Source of the DNA: a virus
Virus record (IMG/VR): IMGVR_UViG_3300005824_000019
Span: 1-41,169 of that record
Length of the DNA: 41,169 nt
Reading direction: 5' to 3' (one strand)
Below are positions 34,100 through 40,736 of the stretch, piece by piece. Position 1 is the stretch's first letter, and the number at the start of each line of letters is the position of its first letter. Made by a program: the position numbers and the translations under genes. The notes below the pieces were generated by a model. That model ran no database searches. It had not been told where the DNA came from and saw only the letters and a program-made list of their open reading frames with translations.

Positions 34100-34378
34100 A
34101 TGAAAGCAGTAGATAGATTGGGTCGGGTGCAGGCGGAAATCGCTGCACTGCGTGAGGAAGAAGCAGCACTGAAGGCGCAGGTCCTGGCCTCTGGTGACGT
34201 TGAAGGCCAGCTGTTCAAGGCGGCCATCATCGAGCAGAACCGCAAGACCACCAACTGGCAGAACATCTGCAAGAAGCTGAACCCCAGCTTCCAGCTGATC
34301 GCTGCTCACACCAAGGTTTCCCTGGTCACTTCGATCAAGGTCACCGCCCGTTCAACTGCCGCGCGTCGCGCGGCTTAA
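34100..34378 (+). CDS. Hypothetical protein (92 aa).
   Basis: ORF with the duplicated SD context. The N-terminus looks like a coiled coil ('RVQAEIAALREEEAALKAQV'). Confidence 0.6.
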   Translation: MKAVDRLGRVQAEIAALREEEAALKAQVLASGDVEGQLFKAAIIEQNRKTTNWQNICKKLNPSFQLIAAHTKVSLVTSIKVTARSTAARRAA

Positions 34379-34400
34379 TCTACTGATCGAGGAGATCAAC

Positions 34401-35153
34401 ATGGCACGTTTAATGTACTCAGCCCAGGACCAGATCCTGACCGCAGACCAGCTGGCCCTGGTCCCGACCCCTGCACCCCAGGGACGTTTCCACCAGCCCG
34501 TCGGCTTCGGGGACTTCATGGACCTGATCCGCATGCGCCTGGACCGCGTGGGCATCACCGTCGAGGCAGAGGAATACTGCCTGGACAAGGCCGGCGACAC
34601 GTTCTTCGGCACGCTCCAGCTCGGCCTGGACGGGTTCCAGCGTGATGACATGAGCATCACCCTGGGTGTCCGCGGCAGCCACAGCCAGAAGACGCCGCGT
34701 GCGATCTGCCTGGGCAACCGCGTCATCGTCTGCAGCAATATGTGCTTCAACGGTGACATGGCTAACCTGTCGACCAAGCAGACCACCAACGTGTGGAACC
34801 GCTTGCCGGCGATGGTTGACCAGGCTGTATCTCGCATCCCGGCCCTGGCCGAGCGCGAGAACGAGCGCGCCGATGCGTACCGCCTGTTCGACATGCGCCC
34901 TCGCTGGGGCGATGCTGCCCTGGTCGAGATGACCCGCCAGGGTGCCATGACCAGCGCGCAGCTGGGCCGTGCGATCCAGGAGTGGGACCGTCCGTCCTAC
35001 GCCGAGCACGCCGAGGACGGGTTCACCGCCTGGCGTCTGCTGCAGGCCGTGACCGAGGCTAACAAGCCTACCGGCGAGCAGTGCAACATGGACCTGGTCC
35101 GCGCTCGCACCAGCAAGGCCGTCGGATTCATCGACGAGGTGGTGGGACTGTGA
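34401..35153 (+). CDS. DUF932-like protein (250 aa).
   Basis: Size and the central 'RAICLGNRVIVCSNMCFNGD' motif resemble the DUF932 (phage/plasmid-like) family as I recall it. Not verified. Confidence 0.4.
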   Translation: MARLMYSAQDQILTADQLALVPTPAPQGRFHQPVGFGDFMDLIRMRLDRVGITVEAEEYCLDKAGDTFFGTLQLGLDGFQRDDMSITLGVRGSHSQKTPRAICLGNRVIVCSNMCFNGDMANLSTKQTTNVWNRLPAMVDQAVSRIPALAERENERADAYRLFDMRPRWGDAALVEMTRQGAMTSAQLGRAIQEWDRPSYAEHAEDGFTAWRLLQAVTEANKPTGEQCNMDLVRARTSKAVGFIDEVVGL

Positions 35154-35404
35154 GCCTCGGGATCGCGATCTGCTTCGGCATCGTGATCGCCCTCCTCCAG
35201 AGCATTGCTCTGGAGGTAGGACGGCCCGCCAGGGAGCGTGCTGCCCGTGAAGCTGCGATAGAGCGCGCTGCGTGCCTGGCCTACGACCGCCAGAAGGTGT
35301 TGGACGATATTCAATTCGCCAAGGAAGACGCCGAAGAACTGGCGGACCGGATGGCCGCGCCTTGCCCTAACCCGGTGTGGGAACCGGACTACATGCCCGA
35401 GTAA
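35150..35404 (+). CDS. N-terminally anchored membrane protein (84 aa).
   Basis: The GTG at 35150 overlaps the upstream stop (GTGA). '(M)SLGIAICFGIVIALLQSIAL', followed by a charged helical region. Confidence 0.45.
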   Translation: MSLGIAICFGIVIALLQSIALEVGRPARERAAREAAIERAACLAYDRQKVLDDIQFAKEDAEELADRMAAPCPNPVWEPDYMPE

Positions 35405-35409
35405 TCGGG

Positions 35410-35533
35410 CCCTTCTTGAAGCACCTGGGCGGGACAGAATTCTCACCGTTCCAAGGCCAGGACGACATCGCAGGTTAGGAGCCCAGGGGGAGTAGCTACC
35501 CCCGCGCGGTGGAGCCGGGTGCTTCAAGAAGGG
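35410..35533 (+). other. Long-range inverted repeat (19 bp, one G-U) enclosing 86 nt. Candidate structured RNA or RNase III-type processing site.
   Basis: 35410-35428 'cccttcttgaagcacctgg' pairs with 35515-35533 'ccgggtgcttcaagaaggg'. An inner hairpin GGGGG(35486-90)/CCCCC(35499-503) and the palindrome AGAATTCT lie inside. The whole element is intergenic. Confidence 0.6.
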
Positions 35534-35556
35534 ATTAACTGATCGAGGAGATCATC

Positions 35557-35898
35557 ATGGATTACGAAACAAGGGATAAGATCGACTTCGCCGTGCAGCT
35601 GTACCTGTCCCAGGTCAGCAACGACGTGAAGCTGGTCTTCAGCATGGATAAGACCGGCCCGGAGTCGGTCCAGCAACTGGAGATGCCGGCGCAGCTGTCC
35701 GGCGTCCTGGAGTACGACGGGTGGGGCGACGACGAGAGCAAGGTCTACCGCCACCATGTCCTGCCACACTACACCTGGTACCGCATCATGGAGCTGGTGA
35801 ACGATGCGATCAACCACACCGGTGATTTCCACCACATATTCCTGGAGCGGATCTACCCCCAGGAAGATGGCACCATCACATTGTACATGGGGAGCTGA
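35557..35898 (+). CDS. Hypothetical protein (113 aa).
   Basis: ORF with the SD context ACTGATCGAGGAGATCA, identical to that of 34401. Confidence 0.6.
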   Translation: MDYETRDKIDFAVQLYLSQVSNDVKLVFSMDKTGPESVQQLEMPAQLSGVLEYDGWGDDESKVYRHHVLPHYTWYRIMELVNDAINHTGDFHHIFLERIYPQEDGTITLYMGS

Positions 35899-35900
35899 TC

Positions 35901-36086
35901 ATGACCACCTGGGAATGCCTGGAAGATGTTCTGCGGGCCGTCGCGAAGAAGCGCGGCCCCAACACACTGGTGACCTACGCCGACCTGATCCAGGTCGTGC
36001 AGATCACCAACAACACCCTGGAAAGGGAAAACGCGAGCGTGGAACGGGAGGAAGCACTCCAGGAACTGCGGTCTGAAAACTGGTAG
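35901..36086 (+). CDS. Hypothetical protein (61 aa).
   Basis: ORF 2 nt after the upstream stop. Confidence 0.45.
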   Translation: MTTWECLEDVLRAVAKKRGPNTLVTYADLIQVVQITNNTLERENASVEREEALQELRSENW

Positions 36087-36099
36087 CAAGGAGCTATTT

Positions 36100-36489
36100 A
36101 TGGACGTACTCATCACAGTAAAGGTTGACCAGGCGGATGCCCTGCAGACCATCATGGACCTGCAGGAGCTGGGCTACACCCTGGCCGCCTTCGACGTCGG
36201 CTCGGTCGTTGTGCCGATGCCGAAGAATAAGAAGGCCACCCGCACCAGCAAGGGCCCGAAGTGGCCCGGCCACACCCGGCTGCGCCTGGTACGGATTCCC
36301 CAGGCGGCGAAGGTGCGCTCCGGTGCTGTCGTGGTGCCGGTGCTGAAGGAGCTGGGCGTCGGCTGGGAGGGCACCTACGACGAGCTGAAGGACGCGATGC
36401 GCGAGCGCATGCCTGGTGTCGTCGACTCCTCGATCCGCGCCTACGGCGGCTACGCCAAGAACGCCGGGTGCCTGGAGGTGCTGTCGTGA
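36100..36489 (+). CDS. Hypothetical protein (129 aa).
   Basis: ORF; no family recognised. Confidence 0.55.
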   Translation: MDVLITVKVDQADALQTIMDLQELGYTLAAFDVGSVVVPMPKNKKATRTSKGPKWPGHTRLRLVRIPQAAKVRSGAVVVPVLKELGVGWEGTYDELKDAMRERMPGVVDSSIRAYGGYAKNAGCLEVLS

Positions 36490-36626
36490 CCTCCGAGCGC
36501 GGACGTTACGAGCAGGTCGGCCGCCGGTTCGACGACCAGCCCACGCCCCTGGCGGGCAAGATCATTCTGTTCCTGGCCGGGTTCGTCCTGGCCGGCATGA
36601 TCTTTCTGCTGCTCATGTGGGGGTGA
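36486..36626 (+). CDS. Small C-terminally anchored membrane protein (46 aa).
   Basis: The GTG at 36486 overlaps the upstream stop (GTGA). '...PLAGKIILFLAGFVLAGMIFLLLMWG'. Confidence 0.4.
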   Translation: MTSERGRYEQVGRRFDDQPTPLAGKIILFLAGFVLAGMIFLLLMWG

Positions 36627-36630
36627 AGGG

Positions 36631-36819
36631 GTGACCGACCTGGCGAAGAAACCGTGCAGTATCTGCTACCAGCCGGCGGGGGAGGTTATCCACGCCGGTA
36701 GCAAAACCCGCAAGGGTTGGTACTGCCCGAACTGTAAACATTTTATGCCCGCGATCGGGCGAGAGAGAATGATATGCGAAGCAACTATGGCACCAGGCGA
36801 AACGCCACCATCACAGTGA
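36631..36819 (+). CDS. Small putative zinc-ribbon protein (62 aa).
   Basis: 'CSIC...(23 aa)...CPNC' is a pair of CxxC motifs. GTG start. Confidence 0.45.
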   Translation: MTDLAKKPCSICYQPAGEVIHAGSKTRKGWYCPNCKHFMPAIGRERMICEATMAPGETPPSQ

Positions 36820-36998
36820 GGCCGGGCTGCCGCGGCACGCCCTACCTGTCGGTGAAGACCGGTAACTACTCACTGCGAAATGCAAAGGACCTGGCCGCGC
36901 TCCAGGATCTGATAAACCGGCTGCAGAACATCCACAGCTGGCAGAAGAAGATCCACGCGCACCGGAAGCGTCAATCCAGCGCGCCGTCGTCCTCTTGA
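36774..36998 (+). CDS. Basic hypothetical protein (74 aa), the last gene of the plus-strand arm.
   Basis: ATG preceded by GAGAGA. Overlaps the previous ORF by 46 nt. Its 3' end overlaps the convergent minus-strand gene by 28 nt. Confidence 0.4.
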   Translation: MRSNYGTRRNATITVRPGCRGTPYLSVKTGNYSLRNAKDLAALQDLINRLQNIHSWQKKIHAHRKRQSSAPSSS

Positions 36999-38248
36999 CC
37001 AAGTACCGCGGCTCCACCCATAACATAATAGGGGATGCCGCTTTCCTTCAGCCTGGCCTTCGTTTCAGGCGTTAGCTGTACCACCCAATACTTGCCCAGC
37101 GGGCGACTACCATCACCCGGGCTCGAGGGGCTCCAGCCTTTCGGCCTGGTGTTGCTCAGGTCCACCAGCTTCGGCTCCAGGCCGAGCTGCTTCCACCGCT
37201 TGTCCCTGGGCATCCGCTTGTCGTACTGGTTCTTGTACATCTGCAGTGAGCCCAGGGCCTGCTTCGCCTCGGCCTGCTCGCGTCGCACGCCCTCCCGGCC
37301 GAAGGAGTTACCCTCGAACAGTTTGGCGTCCGCCGCCGCGGTGTCCAGGACTGACTGGTAATGCTCCGGGCTGCGCTTGAAGTAGCGACGGTACTGGACG
37401 TCCGAGCTGGGCCAGGCCAGCGCGCCCATGTCGCCCTCCACCGCGTCGTTCAGGTAGTTGGCCATCGCCTGCCACTCCATGCGGTCCTTGCCTGGCATGT
37501 TCGCCCGGCCGCGGGTAGCCACGTCCTGGTTGTAGCTCGCCAGCTCCTGGAGCCCCCAGTCCAGGTCGCCGCCCTGGGGGATCTCCTGGCGCAGCTGCTC
37601 GATCTCGTACTGGGCCTGCCCCAGGTCGTCGGACATCGACCCGGGCATGTAGGTCATCTCCTCGATCGGGGTGGAGTCGTAGCCCAGGTAGGGATTCACA
37701 CGCCGCCAGGGGCCCGTCCTGGCCCCCTCCGGGGTGTACAGGGCCGCCTCGCTCTGGGTCATACCCTCCGGGTCCCACCGGTCGCGAATGTTGCCCTTGA
37801 GATCGCTCTGGACCTCGTCCAGGACCTGGGTGCGCCCGACGTTGGTGTTCTCCAACATGCCGCCGCGAGTGTGCTGCCGGTAGCCAGGGTAACCGCTGAA
37901 GTGATCGGAAGGATCTCGCGGGTCCCACATGGGCTCCGCCTCCACATAGTTGCGGTACTGGGACAGGCCGGGTGTGGCGTACTCGTCGTAGTCGTTGCCG
38001 GCTCCCAACCGTTGGGGCATCGGCATCGGTTGCTCACTGAGCCAGCCCTGGATGTCCTCCTTGGCGATCGCCCGGCCACCGGACCGGTCGTACTGCCCGC
38101 CCAGGAATTCGTCCAGGCCGCGATCCTCGATCTCGTTCATGTTCGCCAGGGGCGATTTCTTGAGCTGGGCCATCCACTGCTGCGCGGTGGCCTTCGCCTG
38201 GGGCAACTCGTTGATTGCTTTCTCGAGCCAGGAAACAAAACGCGGCAT
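36971..38248 (-). CDS. Presumed ejected/internal protein (425 aa), the last gene of the minus-strand arm. Resembles a domain associated with polyvalent proteins.
   Basis: The ATG at 38248 (MPRFVSWLEKAINELPQAKATAQQWMAQLKK...) is coupled by TAATG to the upstream ORF. 'TQVLDEVQSD' and the N-terminal 'AxxWxxxL...EDIQGWL' pattern recall domains seen in large phage/plasmid polyvalent proteins (memory only). Confidence 0.6.
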   Translation of the reverse strand: MPRFVSWLEKAINELPQAKATAQQWMAQLKKSPLANMNEIEDRGLDEFLGGQYDRSGGRAIAKEDIQGWLSEQPMPMPQRLGAGNDYDEYATPGLSQYRNYVEAEPMWDPRDPSDHFSGYPGYRQHTRGGMLENTNVGRTQVLDEVQSDLKGNIRDRWDPEGMTQSEAALYTPEGARTGPWRRVNPYLGYDSTPIEEMTYMPGSMSDDLGQAQYEIEQLRQEIPQGGDLDWGLQELASYNQDVATRGRANMPGKDRMEWQAMANYLNDAVEGDMGALAWPSSDVQYRRYFKRSPEHYQSVLDTAAADAKLFEGNSFGREGVRREQAEAKQALGSLQMYKNQYDKRMPRDKRWKQLGLEPKLVDLSNTRPKGWSPSSPGDGSRPLGKYWVVQLTPETKARLKESGIPYYVMGGAAVLGQEDDGALD

Positions 38249-38559
38249 TATCGGCCCCTCCGCCAGGGGTTCTGCGATACGCGCTCGCCCCACTTCTGCA
38301 GGCCCTTACCGACGCCGTAGCCGAGCCCGCCACCCAGGCCGGCGTTGATCAGTCGATCTGTGGGGTCCTCCTGGTAGTACAGGGCACCCTCGGCTGCGGC
38401 GGTGGCTCCAGCACCCAGCGGGCCCAGGGTGCCGTACAGCGCGCCTGTGGCCAGGTAGGGCAGCATACTGCCTGCCATAGTCGCTCCGACGTACTCGTCC
38501 TCCACAGGCGCGAACACGCGGTCGTTGGCCTTCTGCCGCGCCTGGTTCTGCCGCGCCAC
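38248..38559 (-). CDS. Gly/Ala-rich ORF (103 aa from a GTG; 76 aa from the ATG at 38478). It lies in the -1 frame relative to the 3' tail of the 795-aa gene, and its status is unresolved.
   Basis: Coding-like sequence ('ARQNQARQKANDRVFAPVEDEYVGATMAGSMLPYLATGALYGTLGPLGAGATAAAEGALYYQEDPTDRLINAGLGGGLGYGVGKG'). It ends in TAATG coupling to the next gene. The ATG at 38478 lies 5 nt after GGAG. Confidence 0.45.
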   Translation of the reverse strand: MARQNQARQKANDRVFAPVEDEYVGATMAGSMLPYLATGALYGTLGPLGAGATAAAEGALYYQEDPTDRLINAGLGGGLGYGVGKGLQKWGERVSQNPWRRGR

Positions 38560-40736
38560 TCCTCGTCGATGCCCAGGGCGGACCCGAACAGGTCCCGGGC
38601 CCCGGTGATCAGCTTGTCGGTCTCCTTGCCGGCGGCCAGGATACCCGCCTGCAAGCTCTCAGGGAGCCCTCCCAGGGCCCCTTCCATTAGGGCGGGGCGT
38701 TCGTACATCCAGGCGTCGGGGTCCGCCAGGGGCGCGCCAGGCTGCCCTGTGCCGTAGTCGTAGGCCTGGGCCTCCTGTGTGTCTGTAAGAGCACCCAGGC
38801 CCACTGCCGCGGCTGTACCGCCTGCCAGTATATTTTCAGAACCCGGGTCCTTGAACTGTGCGTTGACTGACCGGATGCGTGCCGGGTCATGGGTCGCCTG
38901 GGCGATCACCCCGTCATCCTCCTTGAACCGGAAACTGTCGTAGCCCATACCCTGCAGGTCGAACAGCAGACCGGTCTCAGGGTCGTCCAGGATCTCCCAG
39001 TCCATGTCCAGCTCCGGGTCGTACAGGTAACTGTCCCGCCTGGGCGCATCATCCCCCAACATTTCATCCCAGAAATTCTGTGCCTCGTCTGGGCCATGAC
39101 CATCCATCTCGGCCCGGTTTGCCCAGCCGCCTTTCTCATTGAACAGGTCTATGGCGAGCTGCCTGTGCTCTGGGTTGTCTACCATGTCCAACTGGTTGCC
39201 GGGGCGCATGTACAGCGGCATCACGTTGGCCCCCTCCCGAACACCGGCGAACATCGAGGCGTAGTCTGGGTCATCTTCCGCTGCGTAGATCATCCCAGCG
39301 CGACCAGGATCGAACGCCTCGATGTCGTTGGCGGTGCCGTGGAACAGCCGCCTGCTTGTATCAAACCCTTGCTCGGCAGCACGGCCCAAGCGATCGGCGA
39401 CGTACTTGCCGCTGTCAGGTATGACCGTCGGGGGCTCGCGCCAGGCATTATCCTCGCCGAGGGAGTTGGCCGGGTGCTCTCCGAATGCCGGGGACACCTG
39501 GCCCTCGTCGAACGGGCGGAACTCCACCTGGTCGTAGTTGTCACCATACCCGGCGGTGATGCCGCCGTCGTAGCCGTTGGCCTTCATCAGCTGGATAGTC
39601 TCGGGGTCGTTGAAGACCTCGAAAGCTGGCACGTCCAGCTGGCGCAGGGCGTCGTCGGGCAGCTGGTCGATGCTGTCCACGCCGTACTCCTCCAGCATAT
39701 CGTCGATGTACTCTGACTCGTTCAGGCCGGCCAGGTCAGTGAACACCTTCTTGGCATGATCGAACCCGGTGGCCTTCTCCAGGTCAGTGAACGGCAGAAA
39801 CGGGTCCTCCGGGTTGTTGATCACCGGGTTGTCGATACGCACGTTGGAAGGGTAGACGCGCGGCTGCACTGGTACGTCGCTGCTTACATTCGGGCTCATG
39901 GCGTAGTGGTTAGCCGTTTTGGCGTCGCCGAAGGATAGCGCGCCCAGGCGCGTTTGGAATTTCTCGCCAAGGTCGGCGAGCGCGCCGTGCTCCCCGCGGA
40001 ACGCCCGGTACAGGGGCATCGCCTCCGCCTCCTCGGTATCAGACAGCGCGCCAGCACCGACTGCCGTCGCCGCCAGGGCGGGGACATATCCTTTCCGTTT
40101 CTGCAGGTTACGGAGCCTGGGCAGGTCCTCGGAGCCAGAGCCCCTGTTCAGGTCCCGTACTTCTGCGTCGTCCAGGATACGGTTCACCCGCATATCGCCG
40201 CCGATCAACCAGTCCCCGGTCATGTTGGGGTTGGTCTTGTATCGGTAGTGGCCACCGTAGGGCACCTGGTCGGTGATGTGTGCTGTTCTCGATAGGGGCT
40301 TACCCGCCTTGGTCATCTCGGCGCGGCTGTTGGCCACCTTCTGCCAGTCGACTATGCCGGGCATCTCGATCTCGGCCCACACCTGGTCGTCGGGGCGGTA
40401 GTTGGGCTTCGTCGGGATCTTGCCGTGCTCGGTGGCCTTGCCGCCGATGTGGGTCGCCAGGGGATACTCGCCCGCGTGCCAGCCCGGGCGATACGCCAGG
40501 GGCCCTATGCTCGACTTCACCTTGCCGGTGTCAGTCAGTGCGCCGGCCTCCGCCTTGAGCCACTCGCCCAGGGGGACCTTCTGGTCGGCATTGACGAATA
40601 GCGGGAACAGGTCGTCGCCCTTCTTGCGGAACAGCTTGTAGGCTTTGACAGGGTCGGCTGTGGCGTCCATCAGCTCGTCGGGGTCCAGGCCGGCAGCCTT
40701 GAGCATGCGGGCCAGAGTGCTGGTGTATTTGGACAT
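38349..40736 (-). CDS. Large multidomain presumed ejected protein (795 aa as read) with two tandem ART-like (ADP-ribosyltransferase, polyvalent-protein type) modules. This assignment is a hypothesis.
   Basis: - Module 2: 'RRLFHGTANDIEAFDPGRAGMIYAAEDDPDYASMFAG...GYDSFRFKEDDGVIAQATHDPARIRSVNAQF'. This is an H...Y...E-like layout resembling 'FHGT...YF...E..vF.p.qI.S'.
- Module 1 (paralogous): 'MPLYRAFRGEHG...LSFGDAKTANHYA...GYDGGITAGYGDNYDQVEFRPFDEGQV'.
- The final ~70 aa (RGRTRRGRRPTTACSRLW...) look non-coding. Confidence 0.55.
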   Translation of the reverse strand: MSKYTSTLARMLKAAGLDPDELMDATADPVKAYKLFRKKGDDLFPLFVNADQKVPLGEWLKAEAGALTDTGKVKSSIGPLAYRPGWHAGEYPLATHIGGKATEHGKIPTKPNYRPDDQVWAEIEMPGIVDWQKVANSRAEMTKAGKPLSRTAHITDQVPYGGHYRYKTNPNMTGDWLIGGDMRVNRILDDAEVRDLNRGSGSEDLPRLRNLQKRKGYVPALAATAVGAGALSDTEEAEAMPLYRAFRGEHGALADLGEKFQTRLGALSFGDAKTANHYAMSPNVSSDVPVQPRVYPSNVRIDNPVINNPEDPFLPFTDLEKATGFDHAKKVFTDLAGLNESEYIDDMLEEYGVDSIDQLPDDALRQLDVPAFEVFNDPETIQLMKANGYDGGITAGYGDNYDQVEFRPFDEGQVSPAFGEHPANSLGEDNAWREPPTVIPDSGKYVADRLGRAAEQGFDTSRRLFHGTANDIEAFDPGRAGMIYAAEDDPDYASMFAGVREGANVMPLYMRPGNQLDMVDNPEHRQLAIDLFNEKGGWANRAEMDGHGPDEAQNFWDEMLGDDAPRRDSYLYDPELDMDWEILDDPETGLLFDLQGMGYDSFRFKEDDGVIAQATHDPARIRSVNAQFKDPGSENILAGGTAAAVGLGALTDTQEAQAYDYGTGQPGAPLADPDAWMYERPALMEGALGGLPESLQAGILAAGKETDKLITGARDLFGSALGIDEEWRGRTRRGRRPTTACSRLWRTSTSERLWQAVCCPTWPQARCTAPWARWVLEPPPQPRVPCTTRRTPQID

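Noticed and set aside
35410-35533. tRNA or tmRNA-like gene in the intergenic structured region.
   Set aside because: The closing stem is 19 bp (a tRNA acceptor stem is 7 bp). The element is 124 nt long, and I could find no cloverleaf or T-loop GTTCRANNC motif.
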